Source: Anolis carolinensis (taxonomy: Eukaryota). Taken from it: a stretch of DNA of 64,000 bases. The notes under the pieces were generated by a model that was given only the letters and a program-made list of their open reading frames with translations, made no database searches and had not been told where the DNA came from. Below are positions 48,679-63,343 of this stretch, one piece after another. Each line of letters starts with the position of its first letter. Position 1 is the stretch's first letter. The stretch is taken from assembly GCF_035594765.1 (NCBI RefSeq), contig NC_085842.1, forward strand, positions 78,530,782 to 78,594,781, read 5' to 3'. Position numbers and translations under genes: made by a program.

Positions 48679-50244
48679 CTGAAAAGAAACATTAAAGAAA
48701 TACTAAATATACAAGGAGTATTAATGTGCAGAATAGACATCTATTTCTCACATGAAGATCTAGAAATCATTAGAAGTGCTTTACTGGCAAATAAAAAAAT
48801 AAACATTTCTTTTACTGTTCATAGTGTCTAAACACAATGAAGTTCAGTGTTTGAGAGCACAAATGTAAAATGCAATCCATTTAAGAGAACTAAACAGAGG
48901 CTGCCACCTTGTGCTTATATACTAAATTACAGGGAATCAAAAGAGATTTTAAAAAGTGATCAGTTTTAATATTTTTTAAAAAGATTTTAACGACCTTGAG
49001 ATCTACAGATAATACAGAACAATTATTCTACATGTGCTCAATACAAACACTTTTGTAGGATTTTGGTGGTAAATTTCAAATCCATTGATTCTAATAGCCA
49101 GTCCACATGCATGATAGTCCTCCTGATATCACCTCAGCCATTTCCGTGCTGTGATGATGGCCTTCCAGCAAACATCTCCATATGTGAGCACTGTGTCAAT
49201 TATAGGGGAATATTTGGATTACCTCTTGCATTGAAGCACACAAGCACACCTAAATAATCAGAACTAAACTAAATAGGAGACTCTGCTATCAGACAATGAA
49301 AAAACACGTTAGACATTTATACAATCTCTCAATAAAATAGGAAAGACAAGCGAGGAAAGGTAATTTTTTAACACAACATATCCCTTAATAAAAAACTTAA
49401 TCATCAGACTTTTGGAAAGAAAAAAAAGGTATAAAGGAAAGTCATAAACATAAATTGTAAACGCGTGTCCATTGTTTGTGTATTTTAATATGTACTTTAT
49501 AGAGATACGTTTTAATATGTGTATTTGTGGTGTTTTTGCTGTGCTTATGCATTTTAATTGTTCTGTAACCTGCCTTGAGTCATGAGGAGAGGCGGGTAAG
49601 AAATAAAATAATAATAGTAATAATAATAATAATATAATTAAAATTAACAGCTACAATGAGGCTTGTAAAATATACCTATGTCTGTTCATTTGTTAGTTCA
49701 GTTATTGTGTCTGTAGGTATCTGTTCGATTGGTGTATTTGTTTCTGATTAGTTTTGTATTTTAAGTATTAGTAAGTTTGCTGTGTAGTTTAAGCATGATA
49801 TACAATTTCTACCTTTTTTGTATTATTGCTTTTGATCTCTTCTCTCTCTTTTATTTTGCAAAAAACTAGGGGATTTATAAGTCAAAATTTCTGAAAGGAG
49901 GAATGGATAGATCTAGCTGTAACCCAAAATGGAGTTTCATGCTTAAACTAGATTGCCTTTGAACATCATTTCCTGTCTTTGTGTTGATGGTATAGATTCA
50001 ATTTTAATGTACTGTAAAGAGATGTTTTTTCTTAACTTTTATGGTTTAATGTCTATACTTATTGATTTTACTTGTTTATTTATATGGCACTGAATTGTTG
50101 CCAATTTGTAAGCCGCTTCGAGTCCCCTTTGGGGTAAGAAGGGCAGGGTATAAATATAGTAAATAAATAAATAAATAAATAAATATTTTTATTTTCTCCC
50201 TAGTACTAACAAGCAACTTTCATATTTACATTAAAACATTGTAC

Positions 50245-50408
50245 CTTTAAATATTTGAGTCTACATGCAAAATCCAGAATATGTCCAAGATCACTTTTGG
50301 CATCCCCATTTGCACACGTTGGCTTTCCCTGACGCAGCTGCTGAGTAATAGCATATAGCTGCAAAGGTCTAATGTTAAAGACCTCACCAGCCATAAGCAA
50401 CTGTTCTC
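50245..50408 (-). CDS. NISCH: Nischarin exon 5: (G)[54 protein letters not shown]
   Basis: Inside ORF 50206..50493; ttcag/gtacaa; 164 nt; restores phase 0. Confidence 0.97.
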
Positions 50409-51737
50409 CTGAAAAACAAGCAGTACAGATTTGGCAAACATTCATCAATATTATTGAGACAACAATGAGACAGACAAGAAATTGTATATACATTTATAAG
50501 TAAAGAAAATATTAAAGCTAACAAATACATAAAATTCTAAAAAGAACCTGAGTAATGTAACTAGGAGATTCAATTAGCATTTCAATATTGTATATGGAAT
50601 TCCTTCACAGCAATCTATTTGCCTACTGCAATTTTAGATAAATGTCAAAACACCCCTTGAAAATTTTCTGCAATTTTTATGTTCAGCAGGAGTTGTGCTA
50701 TCTTTTAACAGGACTGTTCCTAATAGGCCACTTCATACCAACTAAAATGCTTTGTGATGTGCAGACTGCTGCTGAATGAGATTCACTTAATACACTAAAC
50801 TAAATTATATGTTTTCTGTAGTTAGCAACATCTTTTACAGTTTGATTTCAAATTTATCTATTGAGAGCAAGCCACAGTGAATAAGAAAACTTTATTACTA
50901 GGATAGTGCCAGATTACACCAAAAAATCTTAGATTGTACCTCTATCTGCAGGTACTGTCACCTATGTCATTAACCTCATGAAAAACAATCTGCAGAAGCA
51001 TATCTGCATCAGTCGGGGATGGGAGGCAAGGTTTCTTACCTGCAGTTAATTAGGGCTGCTGGACATGTAACATTTAGATGCATTCAGCACTTTCAGGAAA
51101 AAGTGCTTCAGCCAGTGCACCAGCCCTGAATCGCATCAGTCTCAATCAAAGAAGAGGTGAGAATGACATCCTCCTTTAGCAACTCTCATATGCCAAACAA
51201 AAATGGAGGGGCAGAGCCCAGCTATTTTTTCTAATGCCTGCTGAGCCCTGTAAAGAGGGTAATCAGAAAAACTGCTTGGATCACAACACAAGTGATTCTC
51301 TCAACCCCTTACTCCCAAAATTGCCTGGCTTCAGCAAGCATGCTTTTTTAAAAAACAGCAAAGCTTGGCATTATCTAATCTTCTTCAATCCAGGGAGTGT
51401 GCAAGCAGAGCTGCTGGAACTGCTGCATATCTTCCCTATCTCCTCCTTCCCTGACAAAAAGCAGGAGTGGGTAGGTGGGTGGATGTGAACATTTGGCAGG
51501 GTGGGTGAGTGTGCCAGTACTGATAAGTGACTATAAGCAGCTTCTACTCCTTATAAAAAAGGGGGCTCATGGGGTGGAAGTAGCAAGTTGTGGGACCATT
51601 TTTGCGTTTTACCCTTTTGGCCACTGACTTGTAACCCACATTGTTGCCACCCTAGAAAGCCCTTCAGCTGAATAGCAGAGCAGATACATTTTAAATAAAC
51701 ACTAGAAAATGTGTAGTGTTTCAATAAATTTCAGTAC

Positions 51738-51786
51738 CTTTATGAAAGAGTTCTTCAGCCAACGCAGCTGTGATTCCAATGATTTC
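51738..51786 (-). CDS. NISCH: Nischarin exon 4: EIIGITAALAEELFHK(G)
   Basis: gcag/gtactg boundaries; 49 nt; matches the mammalian EINGITAALAEELFEKG. Confidence 0.95.
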
Positions 51787-52979
51787 CTGCACACAAGTCA
51801 TCGAGACAAAACATTATCCTGCTACTTTTTAAAAATATAAGACATTAATCACAACATGTGACATAACATTAATAGGATCCAAAATACAGACAGTACAGTG
51901 TTGTGTGTGTGGGGCGGGGAGGGGAGAATAGCTATCAATACTGATGTACTGTTGCCCCCCTCTCTTGTTGTTAGATTTTGTTCAAATGTAGATATTTTCC
52001 CCAGTTCCAGGGGTGGTATGTCTGACTGGCCAACTCAGAATCAATTTCAGGGACTTCTGGATAGGCTGTGACTTGCAGGAATTTGAATCATGTACAATAA
52101 TGGCGATAGAAACAATATCAACAGAAAGCCCTATGAGAATGCTATAACATCTGGAAAGCATATGGTTGTAAACCACACAATATACTCAAAACCAAGATTA
52201 GAAACATTACATATCTATGTGCTAACTTCAATAATTAGATGTAAAATACTGAATACCATAATTATGGAAGAGTTTTTTTCCAACTTCTTACTTTCATGTA
52301 TTATTTTTCCAAACAACCTTACTTTTCAGGAGAGCCCTATAATTTAGTCAGCAAATGCAAACAATTCTGGCAATAGAGGAGAATTGCAGTGCGCAAATTC
52401 TGTTCATGTACAGAACTGGAGAAATATTTAAGTTAGCATCACATTTAACCACTCATCTATGTACTAAAGGCAACCAGGAATTCTACAAAGGTGAATGCAT
52501 GGCACATAAGCAGAGGCTGGTGAAAGTGAGAGTTTAGAAAAGGCTCTGTTTTAATAGCTCACACAACTTTTCGGCAAGCAGTAGCAGCCAAATCATCTTC
52601 GGTACTCTATGGCCTGTACAGAAGGACACTAGGATGATGAAGTAAGGAAGTTGTACCCATTTTTCTAGCCTTATTGACCTCTATGACTGATTTGCAGTAG
52701 GCAACACTACTTCCAATATGTTCAAGCATAGATATTCAGTGGCCCAGTGAGAGGACAAGTGGGGCTTTATGGCTCCTCCTCAACCATTACTAAGCATTTA
52801 TTTTTCTCTTTCTTTGTACTTGCTTGCCTTTTACTCAGAAACCTCTTTCCTGCTTTGTGAGTGAGAATCAAGCAAGTAATTTTTTAACAGGGTGACGGCA
52901 GGAGGTTTGTGGGTTTGGTTTCTGTCATTAGGCAGATGGAGTCCTTGTTAGCATCATAGTCAGTATAGAATATACTTAC

Positions 52980-53162
52980 ATATAAGTGAAAATGTAAGAA
53001 CTGAGACAATACTTTGGGTGCAACTAATGGAAATGTAACAAGAAGAGTCTGTAGATATACTTCCAACTCCTTTTGTCTTTTTTCCACCAAGCTTTTAGAA
53101 TTTTTGCCGATAATCTTCTTAGGAGGCAATAGATTTTTATCAATTTTCTTCTCAGAAACAAG
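52980..53162 (-). CDS. NISCH: Nischarin exon 3 (PX domain): [38 protein letters not shown]...FLHFHLY
   Basis: Inside ORF 52884..53414; acag acceptor, gtaagt donor; 183 nt. Confidence 0.97.
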
Positions 53163-53450
53163 CTGTAAAAGGTAAAACAGCTGAGTTAATGAATAAATGT
53201 GAGCACTGAAAAAAACAAAGTACCAGATGCTCATGCTAAGTAAAAAAAAACCAATGTGACAAAATTTTTGGTTGCAGCATATAAAACATTTTAAATCATT
53301 ACAACTGGTTTGCTGCCATCTACTGAAAAGCATCTCCTTAGCCAGGTGTTCTTCATCAAGGAGAATCAGTATTTCAAAGGGACCAAGTATCCTGTGTATA
53401 GTTGGAAACTTCAAAATTCAGACTACTTCATTGGATATAATTTGTTTCTA

Positions 53451-53774
53451 CAGTAGAGTCTCACTTATACAACACTTGCTTATCCAACGTTCTGGATTAT
53501 TCAACGCATTTTTGTAGTCAATGTTTTCAATACATCATGATATTTTGGTGCTAAATTTGTAAATACAGTAATTACTACATAGCATTAATGTGTATTGAAC
53601 TACTTTTTTCTGTCAAATTTGTTGTATAACATGATGTTTTGGTGCTTAATTTGTAAAATCATAACCTAATTTAATGTTTAATAGGCTTTTCCTTAATCTC
53701 TCCTTATTATCCAACATATTCACTTATCCAACGTTCTGCCGGCCCGTTTACATTGGATAAGCGAGACTCTACTG
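53451..53774. mobile_element. Tc1/mariner (pogo/Tigger-like) MITE, same family as 46151-46468 and the partial copy at ~20579-20820
   Basis: TIR cagtagagtctcacttat...ataagcgagactctactg; TA TSD. Confidence 0.85.
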
Positions 53775-54293
53775 TATTTAGATAATCTGTCTGTACATTA
53801 CATTTTAGTTTCAAATACACAACTGTAGTTGGCCTCAAGTTTCTCTCTGCTCATTGAAATAACCTATTCAAGTCTTTTATCAATGGTTTGAATGCAGACC
53901 GATTTGATTTGAAACATAAGACCAGACTGTCATATTGTTTGTACGTGACATCCTTGAATTTCAAATGAAAAACATAAATAGTACCAGTCTCACTGTCATA
54001 AATTTCAGATAACTGACACTGTATTTCCTGTCTGGCACTTATCATCTGCCTTGTGCTCACAATGAGTTCCCACATAGACTCACATCCGTCATTAGTTTTA
54101 CATAGTCCTTAATCAGAAATGGTACTCTGATGCACAAGGAGTGTCCTTACTATTTCAATCACATCAGCAAAGTAACTGTAAAATTTTCTCCCAACTGCTT
54201 TCTGATGTAATATAAGAAGTATTAGGCCATATGAGTAACAATGAAACTTCATATGCCTTCCTCACAAAGGACTCTGCTATTTTTCATTTATGG

Positions 54294-54675
54294 CAGGGGT
54301 CCTTAAACTTTTTAACATAGGGCCAGTTTATGGTCCCTCAATCTCTTTAAGACCTGGACTCTTGTTTGAAAAAAACATAAATGAATTCCAATGCACACTG
54401 AACATATCTTATTTGTAGTGCAAACAAACATGGATATGGCAATATATAAAATGAAGAGCAATTTTAACCAACACAAACTTACCAGTATTTCAATGGGAAA
54501 TGTCGGCCTGCTTTTGGCAGATGAGATAGTCAAGTAAATAAGCATTGTTGTTGTTGTGTGCCTTCAAGTGGTTTCAGACTTTGGGGGACCCTAAGTCTAA
54601 AGTTTAAGGTGGGGGGGCAAGTAGATTACCTCAGGGGGCTTCATCCGGCTCGTGGGCCATAGTTTGGGGACCCTG
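54294..54675. mobile_element. hAT MITE, OposCharlie1 (OC1)-like
   Basis: TIR CAGGGGTCC.TAAACT / agtttggggaccctg; internal atgcacactgaacatatcttattt. Confidence 0.65.
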
Positions 54676-56218
54676 ATCTACAGTATCTCTTTTACCATAG
54701 TGTCTCCTTCCCATAGCATAAACACCCTTTCTTCTGTCATAAAATTCAAAATCTCAATACAATTTATGTTCTCATAACTATTTTATAATTTGATTGACAT
54801 TCCGTTGGATTAAAATAATTGTGTTAAAATTTCCCAATTCATTTTCCAGAACTTGCCTTTAGAATATTAATAAAGACTGTATTTCATTTACCACATCCTT
54901 TTTAATTAATTAATGCTAATCAGTTAGCTCATTTACATGTTTCAAATTTATATTGGAAGTGCCTGGTTTGAAATTAATTCCATCACTCTGTGCTCTCTTA
55001 AGTTGTTCTACATTATAACCTGGCACTTGAATACATTGCTCTATACCTAGTATCTGCTTTTGCTAATCTACTCACTTGCATTGCCACATCTTAAAACATT
55101 GTTTTTAAGAACTGCATAAATTAAAGCATCATTGTTTTACTATGCAGGTATTCCCTAAGTTTTCTCTGTCTTTAACATGTCTCTACAGTATGCACCTATC
55201 AACACAAGTCCTGATCATGCCTGGTTTGGAGGAGTTCTGCTACCAAGGAATCCCCTTCAAATCATGCTTTTCAAAATAACACCCTAAAGTGACAGAGCTC
55301 ACTGTGGGATCTGCTTTCATCTTTGTGTCTCCCCTTTTTCTTTTTCTTTTCTTGCTGACTTACAGTTGTGGGATTTTTTTTACCTCAGAGTTCTTTTTTC
55401 TTTCTCTCCATTCCAGATTTAATACAAGCTTATTCTTTAAAAATTGCCTGACTTGCTTTTTGCTAGATGATAGAAATAGTCTCCTTAAATGCATTTTCCT
55501 TTCCTTCTAAGAGACACATGGACTGGTGGCCATCTGAGTGGTATTTTTCTTTATTTTACCATGGCCCTTGATCTCTAGCTCCATCATCAAGGAAATGTTT
55601 TTGTCTCTCCCCTCCATATCTACTTAAAATCTATCTTCTCACTTAACATTTTGTCTTAAATTTGATGTAGAAGGGCAAACATGTCTAATGTTTGCAGTCT
55701 GGCAGAAAAGAAAAAAATGCTGTTAGAGAGGGAAAACTGGACAACAGTTGCAACAGAAAAGAATGTGAACTCCTGCCTTTTCTAGCTCCTTCAAAAGTAT
55801 TAAACCCAATTGCAGGCAGTTGCTCTCCTATGACATCCGAATAATGTCTCTGTACAATTTAACTAGAAGGTCTTGCTTTCTGATAGTAATGGGATTCTTT
55901 GAATAAAGCCATATGTACAAAAATAGGTTAGAGGAAATTAATGAAAAATAATGCTGTAAATCTTATGTTTAATATGTGTGGCTAACATTATATCTAATCT
56001 GCCTTAAAGACAAAATTGATCTTATATTAGTCTAAAAGACTTCTGAACCTGCATCGGATGGAGGCTGTTTCATTACAAACATCCTGAAATTTTTAAAATT
56101 ACAGTACATGAAGCAAGCCAATATTTTGGGCTAAAAAAGGAACATTTTCTACAAAAGAAATATCCAAATGAGTAACATTTCAGCCAATGTTTTAAGATGC
56201 TGATTTTAGGATATTTAC

Positions 56219-56302
56219 CTTTTCATGCAGGTCATGGAAGTCACTATATCGATGTTTGACTATCCAATGATGGCTCCCAACGCTCACCTGGATTATATAC
56301 AC
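56219..56302 (-). CDS. NISCH: Nischarin coding exon 2 (PX domain): [28 protein letters not shown]
   Basis: Manual reverse-complement translation; tttag acceptor, gtaaat donor; 84 nt, phase 0/0; PX motif RYSDF. Confidence 0.96.
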
Positions 56303-58974
56303 CTAAATGAAAACACAAACCTTTAACAATTCAAGAAACTCAAGGTGGCTATTGTGTCCATACTTACAAGATCGCTTCAATGTCTGTTTTAGAGATACTA
56401 AAACCAGTATATAATCATATTCAGAACATTGCAACAATTAAACGAGAACTACAAAGGCTACTAAAGGAAACGCTGTCTTACTATTCATGAACAGAATATC
56501 CAAATTCACACTTCTGAGTTTGACACAAGTACAGGATGACCAAATGACAAGAACAAGCAAAGAACACTACGACCAGTCTCTAGCTAGCTATATGTAGCGA
56601 CCACTTCCTGCCATGATCTGAATCACCCATTTTCTCAGAAAGTTTTTGTAAAAGAGAACTTTGTTTGAAGCCTATAATAAGCTAGACAACAAGATGGTAA
56701 CATAACAGTATCAAACAACTGCATAAGCAACTATAAGATGATGCAATAACCTCCAAATAATCTAGAATTATACTGATGTAAAAAAAAAAGGGGGGGGGGG
56801 GAGTAGAACAACAGTTTTATACCTTCCAGAAATAATCTGTACAATAACTTGCAACATACCAGTAAGTTCTTGTTACGTTTCCCTCACATGTTTCCTCTGA
56901 ACAGTTCAAGGCATAATTTATCTCCCTATTTTCACCCTTACAACATGAGTACACTACAACAGCTGTACTAACAGTGCACTGTGGATCACTGCTTAACTTC
57001 AGCATACTGACAATTTGAAACAATCCTGCAACTCTCACATAGGGTTTGGCTGCACATGTGAGAATTCATATGACTGTGCTAGTCCCAGCATAATTCTCTC
57101 ATGCCCACAAAAGCACTTTCTTCTATCTACTAAAGAGAGATGATTTTTACTAATTGCCCAATCCTCACAGTCCTTTAGGCCACCCATAAATTGTCTTTCC
57201 AAAATATTCTGAGCAAAACTTCACTCAGATACTAATGTTACTGGAGGACGGAAATTTGACTCTAATTCATTATGCGAGAAAGAACCTGTATTTCAGAAAA
57301 TATCTTGCCAAGCTACAATGCTAATGCAGTCCCTTTTGCATTTAGTGCAACCTAAATGCAAGTTGGCTAACATACCATAGTAGGTAAAAAAAAAAAAAAG
57401 ACCAGTAGAAGAATAATAATGCCTCGATCAGATCAGAGAGATGGGGAACAAACCCGACGTTCAGGGCAGTACCACCTTCTCCCTAGGTATCTTAAGATGA
57501 CAACATCTCCTCTGCCTCAATGCATCCCACGGTTGCTTGTTTTACTTATCTTTAAAGGCTACTATAAACAATCAAAATTGGCTTTTTTGGGCATAATGTT
57601 GCAATAACAGGATTTTAAAGAAGCAGTTTCCCAAGTTAAGTTTTTAGAACCAAGAAGGGCATGTTCATATTGCAATTATTTCACGAGGCAAAACAGCTTC
57701 TTGAAAAGGAATCAAAACATCTGACATGGAGGAAACCGCAAAAAGGAATTTGACACATGACTAACAACTGGCTACACTGAAATATTATGGTATTTCCATC
57801 TGAAGTCTCACTGGTCTAAATCAGCATTAATCCTGAATTTCAAACTTATCACTAGCTGTAAAAGATAAGTCAATTCCACAGAACAGGAATGAATAGGAAA
57901 GTGAAGCAAACTTTTATTAGGAAAAGTCATATCCATATCCCTCCGAAATTAGGGTGTTTGTGTGTGGAAGGAGGTGATAATGGGCTTGCACTGACAGGGC
58001 TGGGTCTAGCTGGCACCAGTGATTTGCATTGCCTTCCATTAGCAAAATAAGCTACAGCTTATAGACAATGATGGCATGTTTTTGTAAATTCTAAACAACA
58101 TTATTTCCTAATGAATAAACAAAAAATGAGAAGAAGTTACTGATAGCTTTTCATTTGGCAGAACCTAAAATTGCAATACTCCATATTTCATTTTGTGACA
58201 TAATAGAAGCATGGAAGATATTTTACACAAGCAATAACCTTCATGTTAACAAGACATAATATATGAAGAGTGAATTACAAAAACAAATGGATGTTTAAAA
58301 TAATCATAGTATATTTCCTATGCATAGATTTTGATTACAGTATTTTAATATTCACACATTACACCTTGCTTTAGAACTTAAGGAAGCAGATTGTGAACTG
58401 CTAATTCTTAAATGGCAAACAAAGCAATGCTTTACATTTCCTCACATCAGTGTTCAAAATATTGAGAATACACAGAAAAAGGCTCTGCAGCCTGACTATG
58501 TTAAGAAGGTTCCCACATTTTCAAATATCATGTATCATATATGGTTGTTTTCTTTTTTCAAAAGATCTTTTTATGTTTATTTGTTATGTATTTAAATCCG
58601 AATATCAGGTGGTGGGTGTTTTGAGATAAACATATTATCACTTATTATTATTAAACATATTGTCCTTCAAGTCATTTTTTGATTTAGGGTAACCTTGAGG
58701 CAACTCAATCTCATGGTTTTCTTGATAAGAAGTGGGTTGTCTTTGCTATTCTGTGAGGCTGAGTGAGTGTGCCTTGTCCAAAGTTACCCAGTGGATTTCC
58801 ATGGCTAAATGGGAATTTGAACCCTGGTCTCCTAGTCCAATGCTCAAACCACTATACCCAATTGGCTGTCTTTCGCACATTACCTGGAGTAATTCTCTAG
58901 GTGTATACCCCCTCCCCCAAACAGAGACAATAGTTGTTTTTGAATGCACATAGACAGTATAGCAGTTATATTCA

Positions 58975-59407
58975 TGTCCGAATGCCCGATCACCGTCTCC
59001 CAAAGCAGTTGCTCTACTCCGAACTCAAGAATGGGAAACGTAATGTTGGTGGGCAGGAAAAGAGATTTAAAGATGGGCTCAAAGCCAACCTTAAAAACTG
59101 TGGCATAGACACTGAGGACTGGGAAGCCCTGGCCCTTCAGCGCTCTAATTGGAGGTCAGCTGTAACCAGCAGTGCTGCGGAGTTCGAAGAGGTACAAACG
59201 GAGGGGTTAAGGGAGAAACGTGCCAAGAGGAAGGAGCGTCAAGCTAACCCCGACCGGGACCGCCTTCCACCTGGAAACCGATGTCCTCACTGCGGGAGAA
59301 TATGCGGGTCAAGAATAGGTCTCTTCCGCCACCTAAGAACCCACCCCCAAGACACGAAGGATGGAAGACAATCGTCCTCGAGCTACAAGGGATCGCCTAA
59401 GTAAGTA
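58975..59407 (+). mobile_element. Young RTE-clade LINE 3' fragment with C-terminal C2H2 finger and (TAAG)n tail
   Basis: ORF 58934..59404: RMPDHRLPKQLLYSEL...CPHCGRICGSRIGLFRHLRTH. Confidence 0.9.
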
Positions 59408-62295
59408 CATTCATGAATGACTGAGTATTGCTCCAAACAGTTCACTGTAACAATTTCAATTTACCCAATCAACATTATATACAGAACAGAAAAGCGTGGC
59501 TAGGTTGCATATTTGTTTCTACTAGAAGTCCATTACTTTCTATGCTTTATTTCTAAAGAATCATACTGATTAAAAGCTACTAGCAACACAGATATAGATA
59601 ATAGCGGCAGTTTACAGGGTTGTGTATGAGCTTAGGGAAGAACCATGTACACAACTGGAAGTGTCTTTGATGTTTTCACTGGGCAGCTTTGACTGCCGTT
59701 GAAGCAAGCTGTTTTGCAAACTGAGCAGTGGGAAAAGGAGATGCTGAAACAATGGCTTCAAAGAAAGCGCAGGTTACACATCCAGTTTTTCCCTGGATTC
59801 CCTCCTTTCTTGACTGTGACTCTAAAATCAGTCATAATCTTTTGTTTTGTATTTACTATTGAAACACATGAAGCTAAGACTTTTAAACCATTTCACCTTA
59901 AATAAATGTGAATCCTGATAATGTTTTGCATGATTTCATTATAATGGGACTACCTAGGAATCATCATGTTTATAATCCAAATCAGGTTTACAACCCAAAT
60001 TGCCAAGCACTCTGTGTTTTGTTCTTGCAAACTTCATCAAGGGCACAGTTGGAAAGAAATCCTCAAACCAGGATCCAAGCAAGGAATTGCATGTTTATCA
60101 TAAGATGGTCTTTGCAAAAGGAATTGCAAACAACATATTACTAAACCTGGTTTGTTGTGGAGTTCCCTACTCTTTGCTCCCAATTAATCTAACCCACTAA
60201 GCTAACAGTTGGGGGCTTTCAGTTGAGCCATTCCCAGCTATTGAAAGAGCCAAGCAAGAATAAATGGGTTACAGGCAACAGCATACAGATCATGAACAGT
60301 AAGCCTATGTTGCATATAAATTCTGGAATGCTGGGAGTACATGATTTTACAAAGATGGAGTCTTGCTATGCCATATATCAGTGAGGACTCAGTATTACCT
60401 TGTATTACACTTGGAATATTTTCTTTACTTTTTTGTGATTCTGTTTTAGCAGGCAGCCTCTTCATTTGTTCATTTTACGATGGCAGGGAACAGCAATACA
60501 CTAACCATGTTGTGATAATACCTTTAACCAAAAAACCCCCAGAATATTCTTTACATGCAAATCTTTTCATCAGACACAATGCTTGATAAATCTAGGAGGG
60601 AGGAAAAGAAGGGGGTGAGAGGAGAAAATTTTATAAAAATATTTATAGATTATCTCTAGTATGGAATGGAGAGGAAAAGTCTGCAGACATGAGACTTTGT
60701 AACTATGTTATTTTATAACCACAGTTACTCAATAACTTATGGTCATGGACAAAAAGCAACTGGATTGATAAATAGAATTGGGACTAAGGCAGATTATTTA
60801 GCAATCAGTTTTTCCTCCAACACACAGCTACTGCTTCTCTTTGTCTAATGAGAGGGCCAACCCTGAAGTCAAGAGACTTTCTCCCAATTTTGACTGGGTC
60901 CAGCATTATAATGTCACTATGTACTTGCATGTAGGCCAAAACCTAAAAACTAAAAGTAAGGTATTTCAGTTGTTTGCTTTTCTTCTCTTCACCTATACTA
61001 AATATTCAAAGCAGGGCCATTTTCCAAAATCACCACACTGCATTCTGTCTTCTCTAAGTGTCTCACAATTAATGCTGAGCATTCTATAAAGCATTTTCAA
61101 GGCAATGATTCTGAACATTTTAAATGCAAATCTCAGAGAAATCAGTAAAGCCTACTTTAAGGCAAAATCAGATCTAGAATGTAAGTAGCACTTTTAAATG
61201 GATGTATGACAGTCTTTCATACTGTAAAAAAACCAAAATCATAACACTAGAAATAGACACGGATGCACTGTAGCATTGTAGCAAATGGCTTAGGTAACTG
61301 AAAAAATTGAGAAGCATATCCATTTTCAGTTATGTAACCGTTATCTCAGATGTTTAAATTTGAAGTGTGTGAATATGCTATATCCCAAAATGGCATGTAC
61401 TGCTTTGCATAGCTAACTCTGTAAAAAATGACAGTAGTCATGACAAAAGTATTACTACAACTAGTGTTACGCAAATGAAAGCATTTTGCATCACCATTCA
61501 AAATGATTATAGATGTCTAAAGGATGCCTCAACAGTTGTGTAAATTGCTCATACACTGAATCTGATCTAGCCCAGGGACACATATTTTCCCCATTTTTAT
61601 CATATACCGAAACATATCACATGTTTGTTATATTTTCAATCCAGTTTCAAAGACGTGTTTCAGATGGAATGAAAAGGGTGGGACACAATGAGAATGTTTT
61701 CAGGAAGTCAGCATCAGAACTTGGGTCTTTTGGAGATTTGAAATGCTGCTTACATTTCAAATCAGGGACAAACAATCCAAATATCAGCCCCAAATGGATA
61801 GAGATCTTGGAAATCTCAATTCTTTCTCTGGGAATTCCTGGTCTCCTCTTATCTGAATGCAAATCTCCAACCTAAGGAAATGTCGGTGTGTTTACACTGA
61901 AGAACGAACACAGTTTGACACCCCTTTAACTGCTAAGGCTCAATGTTGTGGAACTGGGATCTGTAGTTTGGTAAGGCAGCAGCATGATTTGGCATAGGTT
62001 AAAGACCTTGCAAAACTCCAACTCCCACGATCCCAATGCATTGAGCCATGGCAATTAAAGGCGTGTCAAACTGCATTAATTCAACAGTGCAAATACACAA
62101 TAGGAAACACGAAGCCAAAAGCTCTGACCTCAGAACAGTACATGTACAGAGGGCAGAAAGTCCCCCATTATTGGTGGACGTCTAGTTGATTTCGAGGAAC
62201 CCACGGGATGACACCCCCCCAAAGCACCCCCAAATGTGTGACATTTTCTGGATGGGATTTTCCCTGTTTCTGCACCACGAGGATGGAAACCTCAT

Positions 62296-63195
62296 GGAAT
62301 CATAGAGTTGGAAGAGACCCCAAGAGTCATCCATTCTGCCATGCAGGAACATGCAATCAAAGGACCCATGACAGATGGCCATCCATCCCCTGCTCAAAAA
62401 CCTCCAGAAAGAGGGACTCCACTGTTATCCTTGAAGCATTGTCAGAAAGGTTTTTCTAATACTTAAGTGGAATCTTTGTTCCTGCAATTTGAATCCACCA
62501 CTCCATGTCCAAGGCCCCTGCTACACAGCTGAATAAAATCCCACGTTATCTGCTTTGAACTGGAATATATGACAGTGTGGAATCTCCGGTAGCGGAGCGG
62601 GTTAAACCGCTGAGCTGCTGAACTTGTTGACCGAAAGGTCGGTGGTTCGAATCCGGGGAGGGGGGTGAGCTCCCACTGTTAGTTCCAGCTTCTGCCAACC
62701 TAGCAGTTCAAAAACATGCAAATGTGAGATCAATATGTAGATCAATACGGTGAGAAGGTAACGGCACTCCATGCAGTTATGCCGATCACATGACCTTGGA
62801 GGCGTCTATGGACAACACTGGCTCTTCAGCTAAGAAATGGAGATGAGCACCATCCCCAGAGTTGGACACAATTAGACTTAATGCCAAGGGGAAACCTTTG
62901 CCTTTACTATATGACAGTGTGGACTCAGATAACCTTGACATTCTGGGTTATATGGCTGTGTGCAAGGGTCCCTAGTCTCTGGAGCAGAAGAAAACAAGCT
63001 TACCCACTCCTTAAAGTGACATCCTTTCAAATATTTAAACATGGCGATCATGTCCCCCCTCAGTCTTCCATCTCCAGTTAAAGATACCCAGCTTTCTAAG
63101 CCATTCGTCATAGGGAATAGTTTCCAGACTGTTGGTCATCCTTCTCTGACACATTCCAGCTTGTCAATGTTCTTCTTGTATTGTGGTGCCTAGAA
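62296..63195 (-). mobile_element. Decayed CR1 split by a Harbinger-like MITE (62513-62970), which is split by a Sauria SINE (62582-62907, plus)
   Basis: [17 protein letters not shown]1 peptide; SINE has a 16-bp TSD tatatgacagtgtgga at 62566-62581 and 62908-62923. Confidence 0.85.
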
Positions 63196-63343
63196 CTAGC
63201 CTGTTTAAACTCTATTCTTTGGTGGAAAAACAGGACAAAAGTGTCATAGTGATGACGACAACAATTATGATGAAAAGCAAAAGAAGAGGAATAGAAGCAA
63301 AGGAAAGGTAAGGAGCTTGGGGAAGAAAGAACAAGACAGTACT

